DNA from: Octopus sinensis
Taxonomy: Eukaryota
Assembly (NCBI RefSeq): GCF_006345805.1
Contig: NC_042998.1
Location: 8,184,001-8,248,000 of the forward strand
DNA length: 64,000 nt
Direction of reading: 5' to 3'
Below are positions 39,701 to 51,522 of this stretch, in pieces; positions within the stretch are counted from its first letter, which is position 1; each line of letters opens with the position of its first letter. The notes under the pieces are model-generated. The model saw only the letters and a program-made list of their open reading frames with translations. It did not search any database and was not told the DNA's origin. The position numbers and the translations under genes are program-made.

Positions 39701-42700
39701 TGTTAAGTTTTCCTTATTAAGTAGTTGTCCTTAATTGCTAAATTTTTATTCCGAAAAAACTTTTCCTCTCCCGAAATGCAATCGTAAAAGTTTGCCATTC
39801 ATCCGGATGTAATATATAAACTCACCCATGTGCTTCGTTGATGTTGATCAGTTAGCTGATCGGCTTAAGCGGGGCAGGGTCGTTGTTTATTTATAATACA
39901 TTCAGGCCTGCTGATGATTACGTAAGTATGAAATCACTGTGATACAGGTCTATATTTTTTTAAATGTCTTACTTTGAAAAATTGCATTCGGTGGGATTAG
40001 TAATATTTTTGGTAGAAATGAATGATTGTCCCTCTTAGCGTTTGGCATGTATATAATGCCTCCTGGCATGTATGTATAATGCCCTCTATATATAAATTAA
40101 TATGTTCAATAAGAAATAATTATTTTCGAAATTTTTTCTCTTATGAGGTTTTTACGCTATCTACCTGACAATTTCTTGTTAAGTTTTCCTTATTAAGTAG
40201 TTGTCCTTAATTGCAAAATTTTTATTCCGAAAAAACTTTTCCTCTCCCGAAATGCAATTCGTAAAAGTTTGCCATTCATCCGGATGTAATATATATAAAC
40301 TCACCCATGTGCTTCGTTGATGTTGATCAGTTAGCTGATCGGCTTAAGCGGGGCAGGGTCGTGTTGTTTATTTATAATACATTCAGGCCTGCTGATGATT
40401 ACGTAAGTATGAAATCACTGTGATACAGGTCTATATTTTTTAAATGTCTTACTTTGAAAAATTGCATTCGGTGGGATTAGTAATATTTTTGGTAGAAATG
40501 ACTGATTGTCCCTCTTAGCGTTTGGCATGTATGTATAATGCCTCCTGGCATGTATGTATAATGCCCTCTATATAAATTAATATGTTCAATAAGAAATAAT
40601 TATTTTCGAAATTTTTCTCTTATGAGGTTTTTACGCTATCTACCTGACAATTTCTTGTTAAGTTTTCCTTATTAAGTAGTTGTCCTTAATTGCTAAATTT
40701 TTATTCCGAAAAAACTTTTCCTCTCCCGAAATGCAATTCGTAAAAGTTTGCCATTATCCGGATGTAATATATATAAACTCACCCATGTGCTTCGTTGATG
40801 TTGAGATTAGTTAGCTGATCGGCTTAAGCGGGGCAGGGTCGTTGTTTATTTATAATACATTCAGGCCTGCTGATGATTACGTAAGTATGAAATCACTGTG
40901 ATACAGGTCTATATTTTTTTAAATGTCTTACTTTGAAAAATTGCATTCGGTGGGATTAGTAATATTTTGTAGTAGAAATGACTGATTGTCCCTCTTAGCG
41001 TTTGGCATGTATATATAATGCCTCCTGGCATGTATGTATAATGCCCTCTATATATAAATTAATATGTTCAATAAGAAATAATTATTTTCGAAATTTTTTC
41101 TCTTATGAGGTTTTTACGCTATCTACCTGACAATTTCTTGTTAAGTTTCCTTATTAAGTAGTTGTCCTTAATTGCTAAATTTTTATTCCGAAAAACTTTT
41201 CCTCTCCCGAAATGCAATTCGTAAAAGTTGCCATTCATCCGGATGTAATATATGTATAAACTCACCCATGTGCTTCGTTGATGTTGATCAGTTAGCTGAT
41301 CGGCTTAAGCGGGGCAGGGTCGTTGTTTATTTATAATACATTCAGGCCTGCTGATGAGTACGTAAGTATGAAATCACTGTGATACAGGTCTATATTTTTT
41401 TAAATGTCTTACTTTGAAAAATTGCATTCGGTGGTGGGATTAGTAATATTTTTGGTAGAAATGATATGTCCCTCTTAGCGTTTGGCATGTATGTATAATG
41501 CCTTCTGGCATGTATGTATAATGCCCTCTATATATAAATTAATATGTTCAATAAGAAATAATTATTTTCGAAATTTTTTCTCTTATGAGTTTTTTACGCT
41601 ATCTACCTGACAATTTCTTGTTAAGTTTTCCTTATTAAGTAGTTGTCCTTAATTGCTAAATTTTTATTCCGAAAAAACTTTTCCTCTCCCGAAATGCAAT
41701 TCGTAAAAGTTTGCCATTTATCCGGATGTAATATATGTAAACTCACCCATGTGCTTCGTTGATGTTGATCAGTTAGCTGATCGGCTTAAGCGGGGCAGGG
41801 TCGTTGTTTATTTATAATACATTCAGGCCTGCTGATGAGTACGTAAGTATGAAATCACTGTGATACAGGTCTATATTTTTTTAAATGTCTTACTTTGAAA
41901 AATTGCATTCGGTGGGATTAGTAATATTTTTGGTAGAAATGACTAATGTCCCTCTTAGCGTTTGGCATGTATGTATAATGCCTTCTGGCATGTATGTGTA
42001 TAATGCCCTCTATATATAAATTAATATGTTCAATAAGAAATAATTATTTTCGAAATTTTTTCTCTTATGAGGTTTTTACGCTATCTACCTGACAATTTCT
42101 TGTTAAGTTTTCCTTATTAAGTAGTTGTCCTTAATTGCTAAATTTTTATTCCGAAAAAACTTTTCCTCTCCCGAAATGCAATTCGTAAAAGTTTGCCATT
42201 TATCCGGATTTAATATATGTAAACTCACCCATGTGCTTCGTTGATGTTGATCAGTTAGCTGATCGGCTTAAGCGCAGGAGGGTCGTTGTTTATTTATAAT
42301 ACATTCAGGCCTGCTGATGAGTACGTAAGTATGAAATCACTGTGATACAGGTCTATATTTTTTTAAATGTCTTACTTTGAAAAATTGCATTCGGTGGGAT
42401 TAGTAATATTTTTGTGTGTAGAATGACTAATTGTCCCTCTTAGCGTTTGGCATGTATGTATAATGCCTTCTGGCATGTATGTATAATGCCCTCTATATAT
42501 AAATTAATATGTTCAATAAGAAATAATTATTTTCGAAATTTTTTCTCTTATGAGGTTTTTACGCTATCTACCTGACAATTTCTTGTTAAGTTTTCCTTAT
42601 TAAGTAGTTGTCCTTAATTGCAAAATTTTTATTCCGAAAAACCTTTTCCTCTCCCGAAATGCAATTCGTAAAAGTTTGCCATTTATCCGGATGTAATATA

Positions 42701-45700
42701 TGTAAACTCACCCATGTGCTTCGTTGATGTTGATCAGTTAGCTGATCGGCTTAAGCGGGGCGGGTCGGTCGTTGTTTATTTATAATACATTCAGGCCTGC
42801 TGATGATTACGTAAGTATGAAATCACTGTGATACAGGTCTATATTTTTAAATGTCTTACTTTGAAAAATTGCATTCGGTGGGATTAGTAATATTTTTTGG
42901 TAGAAATGACTAATTGTCCCTCTTAGCGTTTGGCATGTATGTATAATGCCTTCTGGCATGTATGTATAATGCCCTCTATATATAAATTAATATGTTCAAT
43001 AAGAAATAATTATTTTCGAAATTTTTTCTCTTATGAGGTTTTTACGCTATCTACCTGACAATTTCTTGTTAAGTTTTCCTTATTAAGTAGTTGTCCTTAA
43101 TTGCTAAATTTTTATTCCGAAAAAACTTTTCCTCTCCCGAAATGCAATTCGTAAAAGTTTGCCATTTATCCGGATGTAATATATGTAAACTCACCCATGT
43201 GCTTCGTTGATGTTGAGCAGTTAGCTGATCGGCTTAAGCGGGGCAGGGTCGTTGTTTATTTATAATACATTCAGGCCTGCTGATGAGTACGTAAGTATGA
43301 AATCACTGTGATACAGGTCTATATTTTTTTAAATGTCTTACTTTGAAAAATTGCATTCGGTGGGATTAGTAATATTTTTGGTAGAAATGACTGATTGTCC
43401 CTCTTAGCGTTTGGCATGTATGTATAATGCCTTCTGGCATGTATGTATAATGCCCTCTATATATAAATTAATATGTTCAATAAGAAAGAAATAATTATTT
43501 TCGAAATTTTTTCTCTTATGAGGTTTTTACGCTATCTACCTGACAATTTCTTGTTAAGTTTTCCTTATTAAGTAGTTGTCCTTAATTGCTAAATTTTTAT
43601 TCCGAAAAAACTTTTCCTCTCCCGAAATGCAATTCGTAAAAGTTTGCCATTTATCCGGATGTAATATATATAAACTCACCCATGTGCTTCGTTGATGTTG
43701 ATCAGTTAGCTGATCGGCTTAAGCGGGCAGGGTCGTTGTTTATTTATAATACATTCAGGCCTGCTGATGATTACGTAAGTATGAAATCACTGTGATACAG
43801 GTCTATATTTTTTAAATGTCTTACTTTGAAAAATTGCATTCGGTGGGATTAGATTAGTAATATTTTGGTAGAAATGACTGATTGTCCCTCTTAGCGTTTG
43901 GCATGTATGTATAATGCCTTCTGGCATGTATGTATAATGCCCTCTATATATAAATTAATATGTTCAATAAGAAATAATTATTTTCGAAATTTTTTCTATG
44001 AGGTTTTTACGCTATCTACCTGACACTTTCTTGTTAAGTTTTCCTTATTAAGTAGTTGTCCTTAATTGCTAAATTTTTATTCCGAAAAACCTTTTCCTCT
44101 CCCGAAATGCAATTCGTAAAAGTTTGCCATTTATCCGGATGTAATATATGTAAACTCACCCATGTGCTTCGTTGATGTTGAGCAGTTAGCTGATCGGCTT
44201 AAGCGGGGCAGGGTCGTTGTTTTATTTACATTACATGGCCTGCTGATGATTACGTAAGTATGAAATCACTGTGATACAGGTCTATTTTTTTAAATGTCTT
44301 ACTTTGAAAAATTGCATTCGGTGGGATTAGTAATATTTTTGGTAGAAATGACTGATTGTCCCTCTTAGCGTTTGGCATGTATGTATAATGCCTTCTGGCA
44401 TGTATGTATAATGCCCTCTATATATAAATAATATGTTCAATAAGAAATAATATTTTCGAATTTTTTCTCTTATGAGGTTTTTACGCTATCTACCTGACAA
44501 TTCTTGTTAAGTTTTCCTTATTAAGTAGTTGTCCTTAATTGCTAAATTTTTATTCCGAAAAAACTTTTCCTCTCCCGAAATGCAATTCGTTAAAAGTTTG
44601 CCATTATCCGGATTTAATATATGTAAACTCACCCATGTGCTTCGTTGATGTTGATCAGTTAGCTGATCGGCTTAAGCGGGGCAGGGTCGTTGTTTATTTA
44701 TAATACATTCAGGCCTGCTGATGATTACGTAAGTATGAAATCACTGTGATACAGGTCTATATTTTTTAAATGTCTTACTTTGAAAAATTGCATTCGGTGG
44801 GATTAGTAATATTTTTGGTAGAAATGACTGATTGTCCCTCTTAGCGTTTGGCATGTATGTATAATGCCTTCTGGCATGTATGTATAATGCCCTCTATATA
44901 TAAATTAATATGTTCAATAAGAAATAATTATTTTCGAAATTTTTTCTCTTATGAGGTTTTTACGCTATCTACCTGACAATTTCTTGTTAAGTTTTCCTTA
45001 TTAAGTAGTTGTCCTTAATTGCTAAATTTTTATTCCGAAAAACCTTTCCTCTCCCGAAATGCAATTCGTAAAAGTTTGCCATTATCCGGATGTAATATAT
45101 GTAAACTCACCCATGTGCTTCGTTGATGTTGAGCAGTTAGCTGATCGGCTTAAGCGGGCAGGGTCGTTGTTTATTTATAATACATTCAGGCCTGCTGATG
45201 ATTACGTAAGTATGAAATCACTGTGATACAGGTCTATATTTTTTTAAATGTCTTACTTTGAAAAATTGCATTCGGTGGGATTAGTAATATTTTTGGTAGA
45301 AATGACTGATTGTCCCTCTTAGCGTTTGGCATGTATGTATAATGCCTTCTGGCATGTATGTATAATGCCCTCTATATATAAATTAATATGTTCAATAAGA
45401 AATAATTATTTTCGAAATTTTTCTCTTATGAGGTTTTTACGCTATCTACCTGACAATTTCTTGTTAAGTTTTCCTTATTAAGTAGTTGTCCTTAATTGCT
45501 AAATTTTTATTCCGAAAAAACTTTTCCTCTCCCGAAATGCAATTCGTAAAAGTTTGCCATTTATCCGGATGTAATATATGTAAACTCACCCATGTGCTTC
45601 GTTGATGTTGAGCAGTTAGCTGATCGGCTTAAGCGGGGCAGGGTCGTTGTTTTATAATACATTCAGGCCTGCTGATGAGTACGTAAGTATGAAATCACTG

Positions 45701-48700
45701 TGATACAGGTCTATATTTTTTAAATGTCTTACTTTGAAAAATTGCATTCGGTGGGATTAGTAATATTTTTGGTGGTAGAAATGACTAATTGTCCCTCTTA
45801 GCGTTTGGCATGTATGTATAATGCCTTCTGGCTGGGTATGTATAATGCCCTCTATATATAAATTAATATGTTCAATAAGAAATAATTATTTTCGAAATTT
45901 TTTCTCTTATGAGGTTTTTACGCTATCTACCTGACAATTTCTTGTTAAGTTTTCCTTATTAAGTAGTTGTCCTTAATTGCTAAATTTTTATTCCGAAAAA
46001 ACTTTTCCTCTCCCGAAATGCAATTCGTAAAAGTTTGCCATTATCCGGATGTAATATATGTAAACTCACCATGTGCTTCGTTGATGTTGATCAGTTAGCT
46101 GATCGGCTTAAGCGGGCAGGGTCGTTGTTTATTTATATACATTCAGGCCTGCTGATGAGTACGTAAGTATGAAATCACTGTGATACAGGTCTATATTTTT
46201 AAATGTCTTACTTTGAAAAATTGCATTCGGTGGGATTAGTAATATTTTTGGTAGAAATGACTAATGTCCCTCTTAGCGTTTGGCATGTATGTATAATGCC
46301 TTCTGGCATGTATGTATAATGCCCTCTATATATAAATTAATATGTTCAATAAGAAATAATTATTTTCGAAATTTTTTCTCTTATGAGGTTTTTACGCTAT
46401 CTACCTGACAATTTCTTGTTAAGTTTCCTTATTAAGTAGTTGTCCTTAATTGCTAAATTTTTATTCCGAAAAACTTTTCCTCTCCCGAAATGCAATTCGT
46501 AAAAGTTGCCATTCATCCGGATGTATATATATGTAACTCACCCATGTGCTTCGTTGATGTTGATCAGTTAGCTGATCGGCTTAAGCGGGCAGGGTCGTTG
46601 TTTATTTATAATACATTCAGGCCTGCTGATGATTACGTAAGTATGAAATCACTGTGATACAGGTCTATTTTTTTAAATGTCTTACTTTGAAAAATTGCAT
46701 TCGGTGGGATTAGTAATATTTTTGGTAGAAATGACTAATTGTCCCTCTTAGCGTTGGCATGTATGTATAATGCCTTCTGGCATGTATGTATAATGCCCTC
46801 TATATATAAATTAATATGTTCAATAAGAAATAATTATTTTCGAAATTTTTTCTCTTATGAGGTTTTTACGCTATCTACCTGACAATTTCTTGTTAAGTTT
46901 TCCTTATTAAGTAGTTGTCCTTAATTGCTAAATTTTTATTCCGAAAAAACTTTTCCTCTCCCGAAATGCAATTCGTAAAAGTTTGCCATTTATCCGGATG
47001 TAATATATGTAAACTCACCCATGTGCTTCGTTGATGTTGATCAGTTAGCTGATCGGCTTAAGCGGGGCAGGGTCGTTGTTTATTTATAATACATTCAGGC
47101 CTTCTGATGAGTACGTAAGTATGAAATCACTGTGATACAGGTCTATATTTTTAAATGTCTTACTTTGAAAAATTGCATTCGGTGGGATTAGTAATATTTT
47201 TGGTAGAAATGACTAATTGTCCCTCTTAGCGTTTGGCATGTATGTATAATGCCTCTGGCATGTATGTATAATGCCCTCTATATATAAATTAATATGTTCA
47301 ATAAGAAATAATTATTTTCGAAATTTTTTCTCTTATGAGGTTTTTACGCTATCTACCTGACAATTTCTTGTTAAGTTGTCCTTATTAAGTAGTTGTCCTT
47401 AATTGCTAAATTTTTATTCCGAAAAAACTTTCCTCTCCCGAAATGCAATTCGTAAAAGTTTGCCATTATCGGATGTAATATATGTAAACTCACCCATGTG
47501 CTTCGTTGATGTTGAACAGTTAGCTGATCAACTTAAGCGGGGCAAGGTCGTTGTTTATCTATGATGCATTCAGGCCTGCTGATGAGTACGTAAGTATGAA
47601 ATCACTGTGATACAGGTCTATATATTTTTTAAATGTCTTACTTTGAAAAATTGCATTCGGTGGGATTAGTAATATTTTTGGTAGAAATGACTAATTGTCC
47701 CTCTTAGCGTTTGGCATGTATGTATAATGCCTTCTGGCATGTATGTATAATGCCCTCTATATATAAATTAATATGTTCAATAAGAAATAATTATTTTCGA
47801 AATTTTTTCTCTTATGAGGTTTTTACGCTATCTACCTGACACTTTCTTGTTAAGTTTTCCTTATTAAGTAGTTGTCCTTAATTGCTAAATTTTTATTCCG
47901 AAAAACCTTTTCCTCTCCCGAAATGCAATTCGTAAAAGTTTGCCATTCATCCGGATGTAATATATGTAAACTCCCATGTGCTTCGTTGATGTTGAGCAGT
48001 TAGCTGATCGGCTTAAGCGGGGCAGGGTCGTTGTTTATTTATAATACATTCAGGCCTGCTGATGAGTACGTAAGTATGAAATCACTGTGATACAGGTCTA
48101 TTTTTTTTAAATGTCTTACTTTGAAAAATTGCATTCGGTGGGATTAGTAATATTTTTGGTAGAAATGACTAATGTCCCTCTTAGCGTTTGCATGTATGTA
48201 TAATGCCTTCTGGCATGTATGTATAATGCCCTCTATATATAATTAATATGTTCAATAAGAAATAATTATTTTCGAAATTTTTTCTCTTATGAGGTTTTTA
48301 CGCTATCTACCTGACAATTTCTTGTTAAGTTTTCCTTATTAAGTAGTTGTCCTTAATTGCTAAATTTTTATTCCGAAAAAACTTTTCCTCTCCCGAAATG
48401 CAATTCGTAAAAGTTTGCCATTTATCCGGATGTAATATGTAAACTCACCCATGTGCTTCGTTGATGTTGATCAGTTAGCTGATCGGCTTAAGCGGGGCAG
48501 GGTCGTTGTTTATTTATAATACATTCAGGCCTGCTGATGAGTACGTAAGTATGAAATCACTGTGATACAGGTCTATATTTTTTAAATGTCTTACTTTGAA
48601 AAATTGCATTCGGTGGGATTAGTAATATTTTGGTAGAAATGACTAATTGTCCCTCTTAGCGTTTGGCATGTATGTATAATGCCTTCTGGCATGTATGTAT

Positions 48701-49478
48701 AATGCCCTCTATATATAAATTAATATGTTCAATAAGAAATAATTATTTTCGAAATTTTTTCTCTTATGAGGTTTTTACGCTATCTACCTGACAATTTCTT
48801 GTTAAGTTTTCCTTATTAAGTAGTGTCCTTAATTGCTAAATTTTTATTCCGAAAAAACTTTTCCTCTCCCGAAATGCAATTCGTAAAAGTTTGCCATTTA
48901 TCGGATGTAATATATGTAAACTCACCCATGTGCTTCGTTGATGTTGAGCAGTTAGCTGATGGCTTAAGCGGGGCAGGGTCGTTGTTTATTTATAATACAT
49001 TCAGGCCTGCTGATGTTACGTAAGTATGAAATCACTGTGATACAGGTCTATATTTTTTTTAAAGTCTACTTTGAAAAATTGCATTCGGTGGGATTAGTAA
49101 TATTTTGGTAGAAATGACTAATTGTCCCTCTTAGCGTTTGGCATGTGTATAATGCCTTCTGGCATGTATGTATAATGCCCTCTATATATAAATTAATATG
49201 TTCAATAAGAAATAATTATTTTCGAAATTTTTTCTCTTATGAGGTTTTTACGCTATCTACCTGACAATTTCTTGTTAAGTTTTCCTTATTAAGTAGTTGT
49301 CCTTAATTGCTAAATTTTTATTCCGAAAAACCTTTTCCTCTCCCGAAATGCAATTCGTAAAAGTTTGCCATTTATCCGGATGTAATATATGTAAACTCAC
49401 CCATGTGCTTCGTTGATGTTGAGCAGTTAGCTGATCGGCTTAAGCGGGGCAGGGTCGTTGTTTATTTATAATACATTC

Positions 49479-49526
49479 AGGCCTTCTGATGAGTACGTAA
49501 GTATGAAATCACTGTGATACAGGTCT
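49479..49526 (+). ncRNA. last hammerhead motif of the array (G-to-U change at the stem I closing pair)
   Basis: AGGCCUU CUGAUGA GUAC GUAA GUAU GAAA UCACUGUGA UA CAGGUCU. Confidence 0.8.
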
Positions 49527-49784
49527 ATATTTTTTTTAAATGTCTTACTTTGAAAAATTGCATTCGGTGGGATTAGTAATATTTTTGGTAGAAATGACTA
49601 ATTGTCCCTCTTAGCGTTTGGCATGTATGTATAATGCCTTCTGGCATGTATGTATAATGCCCTCTATATATAAATTAATATGTTCAATAAGAAATAATTA
49701 TTTTCGAAATTTTTTCTCTTATGAGGTTTTTACGCTATCTACCTGACAATCTTGTTAAGTTTTCCTTATTAAGTAGTTGTCCTT

Positions 49785-49792
<8 letters not shown>

Positions 49793-49863
<71 letters not shown>

Positions 49864-49950
49864 CATGTATTTGCGTAAATATATATGGTACACATACATA
49901 TGCATAAATATATATGTACATATATATAATATATACACACATATATATGC

Positions 49951-50015
<65 letters not shown>

Positions 50016-50030
50016 CATACATATATATAT
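49793..50030. repeat. (TA)n microsatellite at the right flank of the array
   Basis: Direct inspection. Confidence 0.95.
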
Positions 50031-50572
50031 ATTCACCCACACACGAGATTGCTTTCTTTGGGTTTCTGGCAATCAAATACACTCACAAGGAGTTTGGGAA
50101 CATGGGACTATAGTAGATCACATTTGCCCATTGGTACTAAACTCGGAACCATGTGGTTGGGAAGCAAGTTTCCTGCCACACAAACACTTATTTGTATGTG
50201 TATGTCTCTGTCTCTGTGTGTGTGTATGTGCGTGCGCGTGTATGCTGTATATATGTACTGAAATCTTCATTTAATTTTACGTGTGAAGTATCAACCAAGT
50301 GACCTTGTACTAGAAATACTTTTATTTATATCTTAAAGGAAAACACTCAGGTTTCACTATATTTTAGTTTCGCTTTCCGCTCCCAATGTTTCAACTTACG
50401 GAACAAGTAAAGTGCTGTTTTCTTTTCAGTTTATCTTATACAATTTTATTTAAACAGCATCATTTTTTCCCGTGGTAACAACCATTTTTCATTGTACTCA
50501 ATGAACCCTTTACTTTTCTCGGGTAACTTTAGTAGTTAAATTCATGCGTGTAGAGTGTGCGTTAGTGTGTGT

Positions 50573-50641
<69 letters not shown>

Positions 50642-50833
50642 TATGTTTCGTCGTTTTGGCGGCAATTGAAATGGGACAGGAAATTTCTTTTCTCACTTAT
50701 TACGTCACTGTACGGTTTACATTGACATATCGGGAAACAAGAATTTTCTTTCATTTATCAGGTGTTGCTGTGTGCAGCCCTAAATCAAATCTGATTGAGC
50801 ATGCATATACAATATATACAATATATATATATA

Positions 50834-50897
<64 letters not shown>

Positions 50898-51095
50898 CTT
50901 AATAAAAGTGTTCAGCAAAGATTTGCTTCACCACACACCGAACTTTAGAAATAGCAGCCAAAAATCTTAGCTATTTCTTCTACTTTAAAAAGGGACTCCT
51001 AGAGAAACCAAAATACTTGAAGATAATTCACACAGGTAGAGAGTAAAGCAACGAAAATCAATCAATATCTGGTCATCCATGGACGCGCGTCCATA

Positions 51096-51138
<43 letters not shown>

Positions 51139-51462
51139 ATATACGGATAGAATTTTTCCCCAAAAAAAAAACCCATTTTTATCACTGGCCAGCATATTAA
51201 AATACCTTTCGAGGTGAAAATGTAAACAATTATAAATAAGGTCAAATCAAAATCTTTTCTATGCCAATATGCTGAAAAATAGATTTTCGATCGTCTAACC
51301 ACATACAATATAATGAAAAATATTGTGTGATTAGACGATCTAAAGTCAATTTTTCAGCATAGTGCCATAGACTTTTTTTCTTTTGTCCTATCTATAATTG
51401 TTAAATATATATATGTGTGTGTGTGTGTGTATGCCATCACTATATGAGTATGTATATATATG

Positions 51463-51516
<54 letters not shown>

Positions 51517-51522
51517 ATATAT

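Larger units (their letters stand above)
32915..49792 (+). mobile_element. tandem array of a ~480-bp hammerhead-containing unit (non-LTR retrozyme-like satellite), about 35 units
   Basis: Hammerhead motifs start at about 33178, 33677, 34153, 34628, 35108, 35586, 36071, 36550, 37028, 37506, 37984, 38459, 38944, 39423, 39904, 40385, 40863, 41344, 41825, 42307, 42793, 43273, 43757, 44237, 44711, 45188, 45665, 46145, 46619, 47097, 47572, 48052, 48527, 49003, 49479 (mean spacing ~479). No substantial ORF. Ends abruptly in (TA)n. Confidence 0.92.

Noticed and set aside
33300-49700. Private short indels between units (GGTGGTAG, GTAGTAG, homopolymer length changes)
   Set aside because: Typical of unpolished long-read error in repeats, so not interpreted. 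The exact copy number may also be inaccurate.
32915-49792. Array read as CRISPR, rDNA/5S, a snRNA cluster or a coding repeat
   Set aside because: No unique spacers, no rRNA or snRNA similarity that I can recognise, and only one 66-aa chance ORF (48823-49023). UGAUGA belongs to a full hammerhead fold rather than a C/D box.
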